A stretch of DNA of 64,000 nt from Armatimonadota bacterium (GTDB lineage: Bacteria; Armatimonadota; SYMT01). Location: assembly GCA_046292385.1 (NCBI GenBank), contig JBKBRF010000011.1:49896-113895 (forward strand), written 5' to 3'. A model generated the notes under the pieces. It ran no database searches and was not told the origin of the DNA. It saw only the letters and a list, made by a program, of their open reading frames with translations. Position 1 is the stretch's first letter; each line of letters begins with the position of its first letter. A program made the position numbers and the translations under genes. Positions 37,691-47,208 of the stretch are shown piece after piece.

Positions 37691-38725
37691 CTACGCGACG
37701 CGAATGGTTCCCGGCTCGCCGGAAATGACGCGTCCGATCACCGCGCGCACTGCCGCGCCTTCCGCCTCCAGCGCCTGGAGCAGCGCTTCGGTCCGCTCGG
37801 CCGGGCACGCGATGAGCAGGCCGCCGGAGGTCTGCGGATCGAAGCAGGTCACGCGGACCGCCTCCGGCACCGATTCCTCGAAGCCGACGCGCTCTCCCAG
37901 GAAGGCGGCGTTGGCGCGGCCGCCGCCGGTGTTCACCCCCGCCCCCGCGTGCTCCAGGGCACCCGGGAAGAACGGGATCTGCCCCGAGGAGAGCTCCGCG
38001 GCGACCCCGCTCTGGTCCACCATCTCGAACAGGTGCCCCAGCAGGGAGAAGCCGGTGACGTCGGTGCAGGCGTGCACCCCCACCGCCGCCATCGCCCGCG
38101 CCGCGCCGGCGTTCAGCGTCTTCATCGACTGCGTGACGACCGCGGTCTGCTCCTCGGTCGCCAGCCCCCGCTTGAGCGCCGTGGTGACGATGCCGGTGCC
38201 GACCGCCTTGGTCAGCACCAGGTCGTCCCCCACGCGGGCGCCCTTGGTGGCGGTTACCTGCGACGGGTGGACGATTCCGGTGACGCTGAGTCCGAACTTG
38301 ATCACCTCGTCGTTGACGGTGTGTCCGCCCAGCAGCAGCGCGCCGCTCTCCGCCACCTTGTCCGCCCCACCCCGCAGGATCTCCACCAGGACTTCCTTCG
38401 GGTACCCCTCCATCGGGAAGCAGACGATGTTCATCGCCGTGAGCGGGATGCCGCCCATCGCGTAGACGTCCGAGAGCGAGTTCGCGGCGGCGATCTGGCC
38501 GTAGTCGTACGGGTCGTCGACGATCGGCGTGAAGAAGTCGAGCGTCTGGATCAGCGCCCGATCGGCGTCGATCTGGTACACGCCGGCGTCGTCGGGCGTC
38601 TCCAGCCCGACCAGCACCTTCTCGCTCACCTGTTTCGGCAGTTGGCGCAGCACCTGCGCCAGGTCCTCAGCGGACGCTTTGGACGCTCACCCGCCGCACT
38701 TGACGGTATCGGTCAAACGGATCAT
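37691..38725 (-). CDS. selD: selenide, water dikinase (selenophosphate synthetase) SelD, predicted selenoprotein with an in-frame TGA (Sec) at 38687-38689
   Basis: 'LDFFTPIVDDPYDYGQIAAANSLSDVYAMGGIP' is the SelD signature. Upstream of the ORF-track start (GTG at 38653), the frame reads ATG(38725)-I-R-L-T-D-T-V-K-C-G-G-TGA-A-S-K-A-S-A-E-D-L-A-Q, matching the SelD 'IRLT...GxG[C/U]xxK' N-terminus. Confidence 0.8.
38640..38686 (-). promoter_or_regulatory. candidate bacterial SECIS hairpin downstream of the selD UGA
   Basis: The mRNA downstream of the UGA reads ...GCGUCCGCUGAGGACCU-GGCGCAG-GUG-CUGCGCC.... A perfect 7-bp stem with a GUG loop lies 26 nt after the UGA, with a smaller GUCC/GGAC hairpin before it. 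Confidence 0.45.
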
Positions 38726-38745
38726 CGGTACCCCTCAACGTTCTG

Positions 38746-38858
38746 TTGCAGGTTTCCAGGTTGCAAGTTCCAGGGTTCGAACCCCGCCGACCGGAAGCAG
38801 ACCGATAGCTCGTCGGGCTGCACTAACTTGCAAACCTGCAACCTGCTAACCTGCTAAC
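38746..38858. repeat. repeat family A copy 2 (GTTGCAGGTTTCCAGGTTGCAAGTTCCAGG-GTTCGAACCCC...-CTTGCAAACCTGCAACCTGCTAACCTGCTAAC) in the selA-selD intergenic region
   Basis: Same heptad arms as copy 1. The centre contains the perfect palindrome gggttcgaaccc. Begins at the selA stop. Confidence 0.6.
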
Positions 38859-40254
38859 CCGCGCGCAGCGCGCTCGCTACGGCGGCGGCCAGCTCGTCTA
38901 GCTCCTCGTCCCGGATGGTGCGCGGGTCGAGCACCAGGCGGTCGCGCTGCACGCGGGCCCAGACGCTCGGCTCTCCCACCCGCAGGCGGCGCGACAGCTC
39001 TCCGGCGCTCACGCTCTCGGAGAAGAGGCAGACCAGCGTGGTCGGCAGCTCCTCGCCGGGTAGCGCGCCCCCGCCGACCTGCGAGATGCCCGGCTCCAGC
39101 GAAATCACCGCCTCGACTCCTCCCAGCAGGCTCGCCAGCCGCTCCGCCCGCGCCCGCAGCGCCTCCGCGGAGAGGGAGAGCGCCGCCAGCGTCGGGATCT
39201 CCCGCATCGCCTTCGCCTCGTCGCGGTAGAGACGGAGCGTCGCCTCGATGCCGGCGAGCGTCATCTTATCCAGCCGGACCGCGCGCATCAACGGGTGCCG
39301 CTTCACCTGCGAGACCAGCTCCCGCTGCCCGATGATCAGGCCCGCCTGGGGTCCGCCCAGCAGCTTGTCGCCGCTGAAGGTGATCAGGTCCGCGCCGGCC
39401 CGCACGCTCTCCTGGACGGTCGGCTCCGCCACCAGGCCGTACCGCGTTAGATCGACCAGGGCGCCGCTGCCGAGGTCGTCCATCACCGGCACGCCGTGCC
39501 GCCGGCCCACCTCGACCAGCTCGGCGAGCGACGGCTCCTCGGTGAAGCCGACGATGCGGAAGTTGCTCGGGTGGACCCGCAGGATTAGCGCGGTCTCCGG
39601 CGTGATCGCCGCCTCGTAGTCGCGCGCCCGCACCTTGTTCGTGGTGCCGACCTCCACCAGCTTCGCGCCGCCGGAGCGGATCACGTCCGGAATCCGGAAC
39701 GAGCCGCCGATCTCCACGAGCTGCCCGCGGGAGATGATCACCTCCCGCCCCTGGGCGAGCGCGGCGATGGAGAGGAAGACGGCGGCGGCGTTGTTGTTCA
39801 CCGCCGCGGCGTCCTCCGCGCCGGTCAGCTCCCGCAGCAGCGGCGCAATGTGGGAGAGCCGGCTGCCGCGCTCCCCGCTCTCCGGGTCGACCTCCAGGAG
39901 CGAGTGGGACCGCGCCGCCTCGAAGGAGGCCTGGGCCGCGGCCTCGGAAAGCGCCGCGCGCCCGAGACCGGTGTGCAGCACCACTCCCGTCGCGTTGATC
40001 GCGCGGCGCAGCGACCTTCGCGCCCGCCCTTCCACGGCCGCCGCGATCTCGCGCTTTAGAGCCGGGAGGAGGTCGCCGTTGCTCGGGGCGCTCCCCGCCA
40101 GGGCGCGAGCGCGGAGGCTGTCGGTCGCGGAGCGGATCGCCTCCACCACCGGCGCGCGGCCGTGCCGCTCGATCAGCGACTCGATCTCCGGCTCCTGGAG
40201 CAGGCGATCGACCTTCGGGATGCGGCGCACCAGGCTCTGCGGGGATTCGCTCAC
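38854..40254 (-). CDS. selA: L-seryl-tRNA(Sec) selenium transferase (selenocysteine synthase)
   Basis: 'RRAINATGVVLHTGLGRA' ... 'GAEDAAAVNNNAAAV' ... 'GDKLLGGPQAGLI' ... 'DKMTLAGIEATLRLY' are SelA signatures. The start is placed at GTG 40254 ('VSESPQSLVRRIPKVDRLLQ', matching the E. coli 'LPAIDRLLR' N-terminus). The ORF track extends to 40383. Confidence 0.8.
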   Translation of the reverse strand: MSESPQSLVRRIPKVDRLLQEPEIESLIERHGRAPVVEAIRSATDSLRARALAGSAPSNGDLLPALKREIAAAVEGRARRSLRRAINATGVVLHTGLGRAALSEAAAQASFEAARSHSLLEVDPESGERGSRLSHIAPLLRELTGAEDAAAVNNNAAAVFLSIAALAQGREVIISRGQLVEIGGSFRIPDVIRSGGAKLVEVGTTNKVRARDYEAAITPETALILRVHPSNFRIVGFTEEPSLAELVEVGRRHGVPVMDDLGSGALVDLTRYGLVAEPTVQESVRAGADLITFSGDKLLGGPQAGLIIGQRELVSQVKRHPLMRAVRLDKMTLAGIEATLRLYRDEAKAMREIPTLAALSLSAEALRARAERLASLLGGVEAVISLEPGISQVGGGALPGEELPTTLVCLFSESVSAGELSRRLRVGEPSVWARVQRDRLVLDPRTIRDEELDELAAAVASALRAG

Positions 40255-40385
40255 GGGGGGAAGACTCCTGGCCCATCTTAGCAACGCGCGTGCGGGATTA
40301 GCAACGACTTCCCGGGGCGGACAACCAACCGGGGGGTCGAGGCGTCCAACTTGCAGCTTTGCAACTTTCGACGGAGACAACACTG

Positions 40386-42833
40386 ATGATACGAGCTGGA
40401 CTCCGCCCCCTCACCCTCTGCGCTCTCGGTTTGTTCGCCTGCGGGCTCGCGGCGGCGCCGCTGGGCGCGCAGGAGGGCGGCCCCGCCGCCCCCGCGCAGC
40501 CGCTCCCGCTGAAGGACGTGGTGCTCTTCAGCAGCGGCGTCGGCTACTTCCAGCGGCGCGGCACCGTCCGCGGCACCACCTCGCTCAAGCTCTCGTTCCG
40601 GGCGGGGCAGGTGAACGACATCCTCAAGAGCCTGGTCTTGATCGATCCGCAGGGGCAGGTCCGCCCCGTCACCTACACGACTCAGGACGCGCACCTCCTC
40701 CGCCCCGGGGTCCGCGCCCTCGCCACCGGCAGCAGCGTCTCGCTCGGCGCCCTCCTGCGGCAGTTCCAGGGCGCCCGCCTGCGCGTCTACCTCGCCAAGG
40801 AGCAGGTGGAGGGCCGGTTGGTCAGCGTCAGCTCGAAGGAGGTGCCGCTTCCACAGGGGACCCGAGTGGTGGAGCAGGAGGTGCTCAACGTGCTGACGGC
40901 GACCGGCCTGCGGGCGATCCCGCTGGAGGCGGTGCAGCAGGTGCAGCTTCTGGACGAGCGGCTCGACCGGGAGCTGCGAGACAGCCTGGCGCTGCTGGCG
41001 ACCGGCCTCTCCGACGAGCAGCGGGAGGTGGAGCTGCGCTTCACCGGTGACGCGGCGCGGGAGGTGCGGGCCGGCTACCTGCAGGAGACGCCGGTCTGGA
41101 AGACGAGCTACCGCCTGGTGCTGGACGACAAGCCGGCCGCTGCGGCTGCGGGGCAGCCGGTAAACCCCGCCGGGGGCTCTTACCTGCAAGGCTGGGCGAT
41201 CGTGGAGAACACGACGGAGGAGGACTGGAAAGACGTGCGGCTCTCGCTCGTCTCCGGCCGCCCGATCAGCTTCATCCAGGACCTCTACCAGCCGCTCTAC
41301 GTCCCCCGCCCCGTCGTGCAGCCGCAGGTGCTCGGCTCTCCCCGTCCCCAGCTCTACGGCGAGGCGGTGGAGCCAGGAGAGTTGCTTCCGGATGGAGTAC
41401 GTGCAATCCTCGATGTCCCAACCGACAACTCTCTCCTCTTACGGGGTCCGATGTTCGGCGGCCTCGGGGGCTTCGGAGGCGGAGTTTACCCGGGCGGCGG
41501 GGGCTCGCGGACAGGCCTGGAGGAGCTGATTGAGGTACGTTTCACGAACACGCCCCTTCACAGTGCGATTCGCCAGCTCTTTCAGGGCTCCGGTCTGGAA
41601 TACAGTATCGGAGCCGACGTCCCGAACGTCGCAATCAATCTACAGCTCGCCCGAGTGCCCCGCCGGAACGCGCTGCGCGCGGTGCTGCGGCAGGGTGCCA
41701 TCGCGGCGCCGGGGTTGACCTACTCCGCCGAGAACGGCGTCTACCAGGTCAAGGTCCGGCCTCCCAGCGCCGTGCAAGCAGAGCCGACGATCGACGAGCT
41801 CCTGGAGCGGCGGGAGGAGATCGGCGTCTCGGCGCAGGCGCTCGCCGGCGTGGCGTCGCAGGCGCTCGGCGCGGAGCGCGGGGAGCTGTTCGAGTACGCC
41901 ATCCGGCAGCCGGTCACCCTCCCCCGCGGCAAGGCGGCGATGGTGCCGATCGTCGGCGCCGCGGTGGCCGGGGAGCGGCTCTCGATCTTCGATCCGGCGG
42001 CCGACCGCACCCACGCCCTCCGCGGGGTCCGGCTGAAGAACACGACCGCGGCGCACCTGGCGGGCGGGCCGATCACCGTCTTCGACGGCGGCACCTACGC
42101 GGGCGACGCGCAGGTGGGGCACCTCGGCCCCGGTGAAGAGCGACTGCTGGCGTAAGCCGTCGACCTCGACCTGGTTCCGGAGGTGGAGGGTCCGGAGCCG
42201 AAAGCCGAAACGACCGCCCTCGTGATCCGGAGCGGCGTGCTCCAGATCACGCGCAAGCAGCACCACCAGCGGACTTACCGCTTCCGGAACAAGAGCGCGG
42301 CCCGGAAGACGGTGCTGGTGCAGCAGCCGAAGGAGCCCGGCTTCGAGCTGGCGCAGCCGATGAGCGCCGCGGAGACCACCCCGGATTCCTACCGCTTCCG
42401 GATCACGATCCCGCCCGGCAAGACAGAATCGCTGGTGGTCACGACCGAGCACCCGCTGACGGAGACGGTCGCTATCATCGAAGCGAACGTCGACCTGCTG
42501 ATCACCCACGCCCGCAGCGCCCAGGCGAGCGCGGAAGTCAGGCGGGCCCTGGAGCAGATCGTGGAGCGGCGGCGGGCGTTCCAGGCTCTGCAGGAGCGCC
42601 GCAGCGCCGTCGAAGGGGAGCTCCGCGCGATCGACACGGAGCAGGCGCGAATCCGGCAGAACATGGCGCAGCTCGACCGCAACAGCGAGCTCTACCAGCA
42701 GTACGTCCGCAAGCTGACCGAACAGGAGGCGCAGATCGAGCAGCTCCGGGCGGAGCAGCGCCGCCTCCGCGACGAGGAAGCCGCCGCCGCGCAGGAGCTG
42801 CGACGCTTCCTCGACAACCTCTCCGTATCTTGA
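40386..42833 (+). pseudogene. DUF4140/DUF4139 (TIGR02231-like) secreted protein gene interrupted by a single in-frame TAA at 42153-42155
   Basis: ORFs 40359-42155 and 42183-42833 are in the same frame. The DUF4140-like N-terminus ('VVLFSSGVGYFQRRG...KLSFRAGQVNDILKSL') and the coiled-coil DUF4139-like C-terminus are contiguous across the stop ('...GEERLLA*AVDLDLVPEVEG...'). Confidence 0.55.
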
Positions 42834-42837
42834 TCGA

Positions 42838-42892
42838 GGTTACAGGTTGGCAGGCTGCAGGTTTGCAGGCTCACCCGGGCCTGTGAGCCTGC
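42838..42892. repeat. repeat family A copy 3 (ACAGGTTGGCAGGCTGCAGGTTTGCAGGCTCAC-ccgggcc-TGTGAGCCTGC)
   Basis: Heptad arm plus a gcaggctcac/gtgagcctgc hairpin, beginning 5 nt after the upstream stop. Confidence 0.5.
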
Positions 42893-42911
42893 TCCTGTTC
42901 GGGGAGGGAGC

Positions 42912-45023
42912 ATGGACCGGCGCGAGGACGCGACCCCCTATCGGACCGGAGCGCACGAGCAGGTCGTGCGCCGCCTCCACTCCCGCGCGGAGGGGCTCCC
43001 CTCCGGTCCCGTGCAGGCGGTCGCCGCCTCGCGGGACGGGTCGGTCTTCGCGGTCGCGGACGGGCGCCTGGCGCGGCTGGGACGGGAGCCCGGGAGCCGC
43101 TGGGTCACGGCGAGCGAGCCGGCGGCGCCGACCGCTCTCGCCGCGCCGCGGTCCGGCCCGGAGCTGCTGGCCGGCTGCTCGGACGGGCTCTGGGAATACA
43201 CCCGCGGCGCGTGGCGGCCGGTCCGCGGCGGCCCGCTGGGAGTGGTGGCGTTCTCCGAGGCGGCGGACGGCACCCTCTACGCCCTCACCGCCCACGAGTT
43301 GTGGATGCTCGACGGACCGTGGCGCCGGATTGCCGCCCTTCCCGAGGGGGCCGGGACCGCGCAGCGGCTGGCCGCGGCGTCGGAGGGCGGCCCCCTCGTG
43401 CTCGCCGCCGCCGGTCTCTACCGCCTGGTGGACGGCCGCTTCCGCCCGGTGCGGCCGCGGGCCGGCGGCGCCGAATCGATCCGGCACCTGGCCGCGCTCG
43501 GCGCCGGGACCCTGCTCCTCGCCACGAATGACGGGCTCCGGCTCGTCTCCCGCGGCGAGGACTGGCTGCCGCTGCGCGGTGCCGACGGGCTGCCGCTCCT
43601 CGACCTGACCCACGTTACCACCGCTCCGGACGGCACGGTCTGGCTCGGCTCGCCGCAGGGGGTGGTCCGATGGCGCGGCGGCGAGTGGCGCCTGTTCGCC
43701 GGACCGCGCTGGCTGCCGGACGACCGGGTCACGTGCCTGGCGACCGGCCCGGACGGCTCCGCGTGGGTCGGCACGGAGAAGGGCCTCTCGCGCCTGGAGC
43801 CGCGGCGGCTTACGCTGGAGGAGAAGTCGGAGCTCTACCAGCGGGACCTGGAGCGCCGCGACCGCCGCTTCGGCTACGTCACCGTCATCCAGCTCCGCCA
43901 GCCCGGGGTGCTGGAAGGCGGCCTGCAGGAGATCAGCGACAACGACGGCCTCTGGACGGCGATGTACGTCGGTTCCCAGTGCTTCCGGTACGCCGCGACC
44001 AAGTCTGCCGCCGCGAAGGCGCAGGCGTGGCGCTCCATGCAGGCGATCCTGCGGCTGGAGAGCATCACCGGGCACCCCGGCTTCCCCGCCCGGGCGATCA
44101 GCAAGATCGGGGAGCCGAACCACGAGAACCGCTCCCGCGGGGAGTGGCATCCCTCCCCCGTGGAGCCGGGCTGGATGTGGAAGGGCGACACCTCCTCCGA
44201 CGAGATCGACGGCCACTTCTTCGCCTTCTACGTCTTCCACGAGCTTGCCGCGGACGCGGAGCAGAAGCGCCGAGTGCGGGAGACCTGCCGCCGCGTCACC
44301 GATCACCTGCTGGATCACGGCTACTATCTGGTCGACCTGGACGGCAAGCACACGCGCTGGGGGGTCTGGGCGCCGGAGCAGCTCAACGACAACCCGGAGT
44401 GGGAGGCGGAGCGGGGCCTCAACTCGCTGGAGATGCTCTCCTACCTGAAGGTGGCGCATCACCTCGTCGGCGACCCGCGCTACGCGGAGGCGTACCGGTC
44501 GCTGATCCGGGACCACGGCTACGCCCTGAACATGGTCAACACCAAAGTGGTTCCGCCCGGTGAGGTGAACCATTCCGATGACGAGCTGGCGTTCCTCTCC
44601 TACTATCCGCTGCTGCAGCTCGAGACCGACCCGGCGCTCCGCGCGCTCTACGTGGCGAGCCTGCGCCGGAGCTGGGAATACGAGCGCGTGGAGGCATCCC
44701 CGCTCTGGAGCTTCATCTACGGCGCCTGCACCGGGGAGCCGTGCGACGTGGAGGCCAGCGTCCAGGCGCTCCAGGAGATCCCGCTCGACCTGGTGAAGTG
44801 GCCCACGCGCAACTCCCATCGGGCGGATCTTCACTACGACCCGGTGCCGGACCGCTTCGGTAAGCGACAGCTCCTGCGCCCGCTGCCGTGGACGGAGCGC
44901 CCGCTCCACAAGTGGAACGGCAACCCGTTCGTGGTCGACGGCGGCGACGGAGGAGAAGAGGAGGACCAGACGATGTGGCTGCTCCCCTACTGGCTCGGCC
45001 GCTACCACCGGCTCATCAGCTAA
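42912..45023 (+). CDS. hypothetical protein: N-terminal two-component-regulator-type beta-propeller repeats plus a C-terminal domain of unknown function
   Basis: Repeated 'DGTLYAL', 'GTLLLATNDGLRLV', 'DGTVWLGSPQGVVRW' and 'DGSAWVGTEKGLSRL' blocks. The C-terminal 400 aa were not assigned to a family. Confidence 0.45.
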   Translation: MDRREDATPYRTGAHEQVVRRLHSRAEGLPSGPVQAVAASRDGSVFAVADGRLARLGREPGSRWVTASEPAAPTALAAPRSGPELLAGCSDGLWEYTRGAWRPVRGGPLGVVAFSEAADGTLYALTAHELWMLDGPWRRIAALPEGAGTAQRLAAASEGGPLVLAAAGLYRLVDGRFRPVRPRAGGAESIRHLAALGAGTLLLATNDGLRLVSRGEDWLPLRGADGLPLLDLTHVTTAPDGTVWLGSPQGVVRWRGGEWRLFAGPRWLPDDRVTCLATGPDGSAWVGTEKGLSRLEPRRLTLEEKSELYQRDLERRDRRFGYVTVIQLRQPGVLEGGLQEISDNDGLWTAMYVGSQCFRYAATKSAAAKAQAWRSMQAILRLESITGHPGFPARAISKIGEPNHENRSRGEWHPSPVEPGWMWKGDTSSDEIDGHFFAFYVFHELAADAEQKRRVRETCRRVTDHLLDHGYYLVDLDGKHTRWGVWAPEQLNDNPEWEAERGLNSLEMLSYLKVAHHLVGDPRYAEAYRSLIRDHGYALNMVNTKVVPPGEVNHSDDELAFLSYYPLLQLETDPALRALYVASLRRSWEYERVEASPLWSFIYGACTGEPCDVEASVQALQEIPLDLVKWPTRNSHRADLHYDPVPDRFGKRQLLRPLPWTERPLHKWNGNPFVVDGGDGGEEEDQTMWLLPYWLGRYHRLIS

Positions 45024-45034
45024 CGCAGAGCGCC

Positions 45035-46342
45035 CCCGTGACCTTCCCTCCCGCCCGATCGACTGCGTTAAGCCGCCGGCGCCTCCTGGGGGCGCTGGGC
45101 GCGGGCTCCCTCGCGCCGGCGCTCTCCGGGTGCCGGGAGCGGACGGAGAGCGGCATCACCCTGCGCATGGTCTCCACCAACCACGGGGAGCGGATGCGGG
45201 AGCCGTTCGCCGCGGCGCTGCGGGAGTTCGAGCGGGAGCATCCCGGCGTCCGGGTGCGTGAGACGACGATGGACGACGACGTCTACCAGAAGATGGGGCT
45301 CGTCAACCTCTTCGTCGGCGGCGACCCCCCGGATCTCTTCTTCCAGTGGGGCGGGGAGCTGGTCCGCAAGTACGCCGACGCCGGCCACGCGCTCGACCTG
45401 ACGCCGTTCCTGCCGCCGGAGGAGCGGGAGCGCTTCCTGCCCTCCTGCTGGGCCTCGTGCCGGGCGAGCGGCGGCTACTATCTCTGGCCGACCAGCGCCT
45501 CCGTCACCACCGTCCTCTGGTACCGCCGCAGCCTCTTCGAGCGCGCGGTGCAGCCGCCCACCACCTGGGAGGAGCTCATCGCTGTCTGCGAGTCGTTTCG
45601 GCAGAGCGGCACGATCCCGATCGCGGTCGGTAACAAGGAACTCTGGTCGGGCGGCAACTTCGCCGCCTGGATCGCGGCGCAGCGGCTGGGGGCGGAGCGC
45701 TACCGGCAGGTGCTGGGGCTGGCGCCGGGGACGCGGCTGGACGACCCGGAGCTGGTCGACGCGTTCCGGCTCCTCTCCGACCTGCAGGCGCGCGGCTTCT
45801 TCAACCGAGGCGTGGCCGGGGTGAGCACCGACGAGGCGCGGTCGCTCCTGGCGCAGGGCCGCGCGGCGATGCACCCGATCGGCGACTGGCTGGTGAGCGA
45901 GGTGGAGCCGGAGGAGGCGGAAGACCTCGACGCGATACTCCTGCCGCCGCTCCCCAACCAGAGCGGCGAGACCGGGACCCTGCTGGCGCTGGCGACCGGC
46001 TACATGGTCGCGCGCCGGAGCCGCCACCCGGAGCTGGCCGTCGCCCTGCTGCGCCACCTGACGCGGACCGAAGTGCAGCGCGGCTGGACGGAGCACGGCC
46101 ACGTGAGCTCCCTCCGCGCCGCCGCCCCGGGGCCGGAGGCGCCGGTAGGCCAGCGCCGCCTGACCGAGTTCATGGAGACCGCCCCGGCCGCGGCGCTCGC
46201 GCCGGACGTCGGCTTCAACCTGGAGGTGAGCGACGCCTTCCTGGATGCGGTGAGCCTGGTCCTCGCCGGCCGGGCCGCGCCGGAAACGGCTCTTGCCGAC
46301 GCCGAGCGCCAGGTCCGGGCGCTGCGGAGGGCCGCGGCATGA
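45035..46342 (+). CDS. ABC transporter substrate-binding lipoprotein (family 1, carbohydrate)
   Basis: GTG start. Tat/lipobox signal 'SRRRLLGALGAGSLAPALSGC'. Family 1 solute-binding-protein-like body. Confidence 0.75.
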   Translation, partial: PVTFPPARSTALSRRRLLGALGAGSLAPALSGCRERTESGITLRMVSTNHGERMREPFAAALREFEREHPGVRVRETTMDDDVYQKMGLVNLFVGGDPPDLFFQWGGELVRKYADAGHALDLTPFLPPEERERFLPSCWASCRASGGYYLWPTSASVTTVLWYRRSLFERAVQPPTTWEELIAVCESFRQSGTIPIAVGNKELWSGGNFAAWIAAQRLGAERYRQVLGLAPGTRLDDPELVDAFRLLSDLQARGFFNRGVAGVSTDEARSLLAQGRAAMHPIGDWLVSEVEPEEAEDLDAILLPPLPNQSGETGTLLALATGYMVARRSRHPELAVALLRHLTRTEVQRGWTEHGHVSSLRAAAPGPEAPVGQRRLTEFMETAPAAALAPDVGFNLEVSDAFLDAVSLVLAGRAAPETALADAERQVRALRRAAA

Positions 46343-47208
46343 CCTCGGGCGAGCGGCGGCAGCTCCGGTGGCTGGGCGCGCCCGCGTTGGCGCTGTACCT
46401 GGTGTTCGTGGTGCTCCCGGTGCTTGCCGCGGGTGCCCTCTCGCTCTTCACCTGGGACGGCATCGCTGCACCGGCCTTCGCGGGCTCGGCGAACTATACC
46501 CGCGCGCTGTTCGGCGATCCGATCTTCCTCCGCTCGTTCCTGAACAACGCGGTCTACGTGGGGATCACGCTGGTGGTGGAGGTCGGCGCCGGGCTCCTCT
46601 TCGCGGCGGCCTTGCAGGCGCGGCTCCCGCTCGCCGGATTCTGGCGCGCGCTCTTCTTCAGCCCGATGGTGCTCTCGATGGTGGTGGTCGGGCTTCTCGG
46701 CGGCTTCGTCCTGAACCCGGACTTCGGCATCCTCAGCTCCGCCCTGCGCGGCCTGGGGCTGGGGCACCTCGACCGCGACTGGTTGGGAGACGATCGCACC
46801 GCCCTCTACGCCGTCTCGCTTGTTTCCGGCTGGCGCTACGCCGGCTTCTACATGGCGCTCTTCGCCGCCGGCCTGGCCCGCGTGCCGCCGGAGGTGCTCG
46901 ACGCCGGCCGTCTAGACGGCGCGGGGGAGGCCTTGCTCTTCCGCCGGGTCACGCTGCCGATGCTGGCGCCGGTCACCGCCATCGCGGTGCTGCTCTGCGT
47001 GACCGGCGGCTTCCAGGCATTCGATCTCTTCTTCGTGATGACCGACGGCGGGCCGTTCCACAGCACCGAGATCCCGTCGCTCTGGATGGTCAAGAAGGCG
47101 TTCAATCGCCAGTCACTCGGCTACGGCGCCTCCCTGGGCGTGCTGCTGGCGCTCTTCGTTGCCGCGCTCGGAGTGCTGCAGCTCCGAGTCCGGAGGGAGA
47201 GCCGGTGA
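46339..47208 (+). CDS. sugar ABC transporter permease (MalF/UgpA-type)
   Basis: Six TM segments with the EAA-like loop 'ALFAAGLARVPPEVLDAGRLDGA'. Confidence 0.85.
   Translation: MTSGERRQLRWLGAPALALYLVFVVLPVLAAGALSLFTWDGIAAPAFAGSANYTRALFGDPIFLRSFLNNAVYVGITLVVEVGAGLLFAAALQARLPLAGFWRALFFSPMVLSMVVVGLLGGFVLNPDFGILSSALRGLGLGHLDRDWLGDDRTALYAVSLVSGWRYAGFYMALFAAGLARVPPEVLDAGRLDGAGEALLFRRVTLPMLAPVTAIAVLLCVTGGFQAFDLFFVMTDGGPFHSTEIPSLWMVKKAFNRQSLGYGASLGVLLALFVAALGVLQLRVRRESR

Noticed and set aside
42840-45008. 722-aa minus-strand ORF
   Set aside because: Antisense to the propeller-domain gene.
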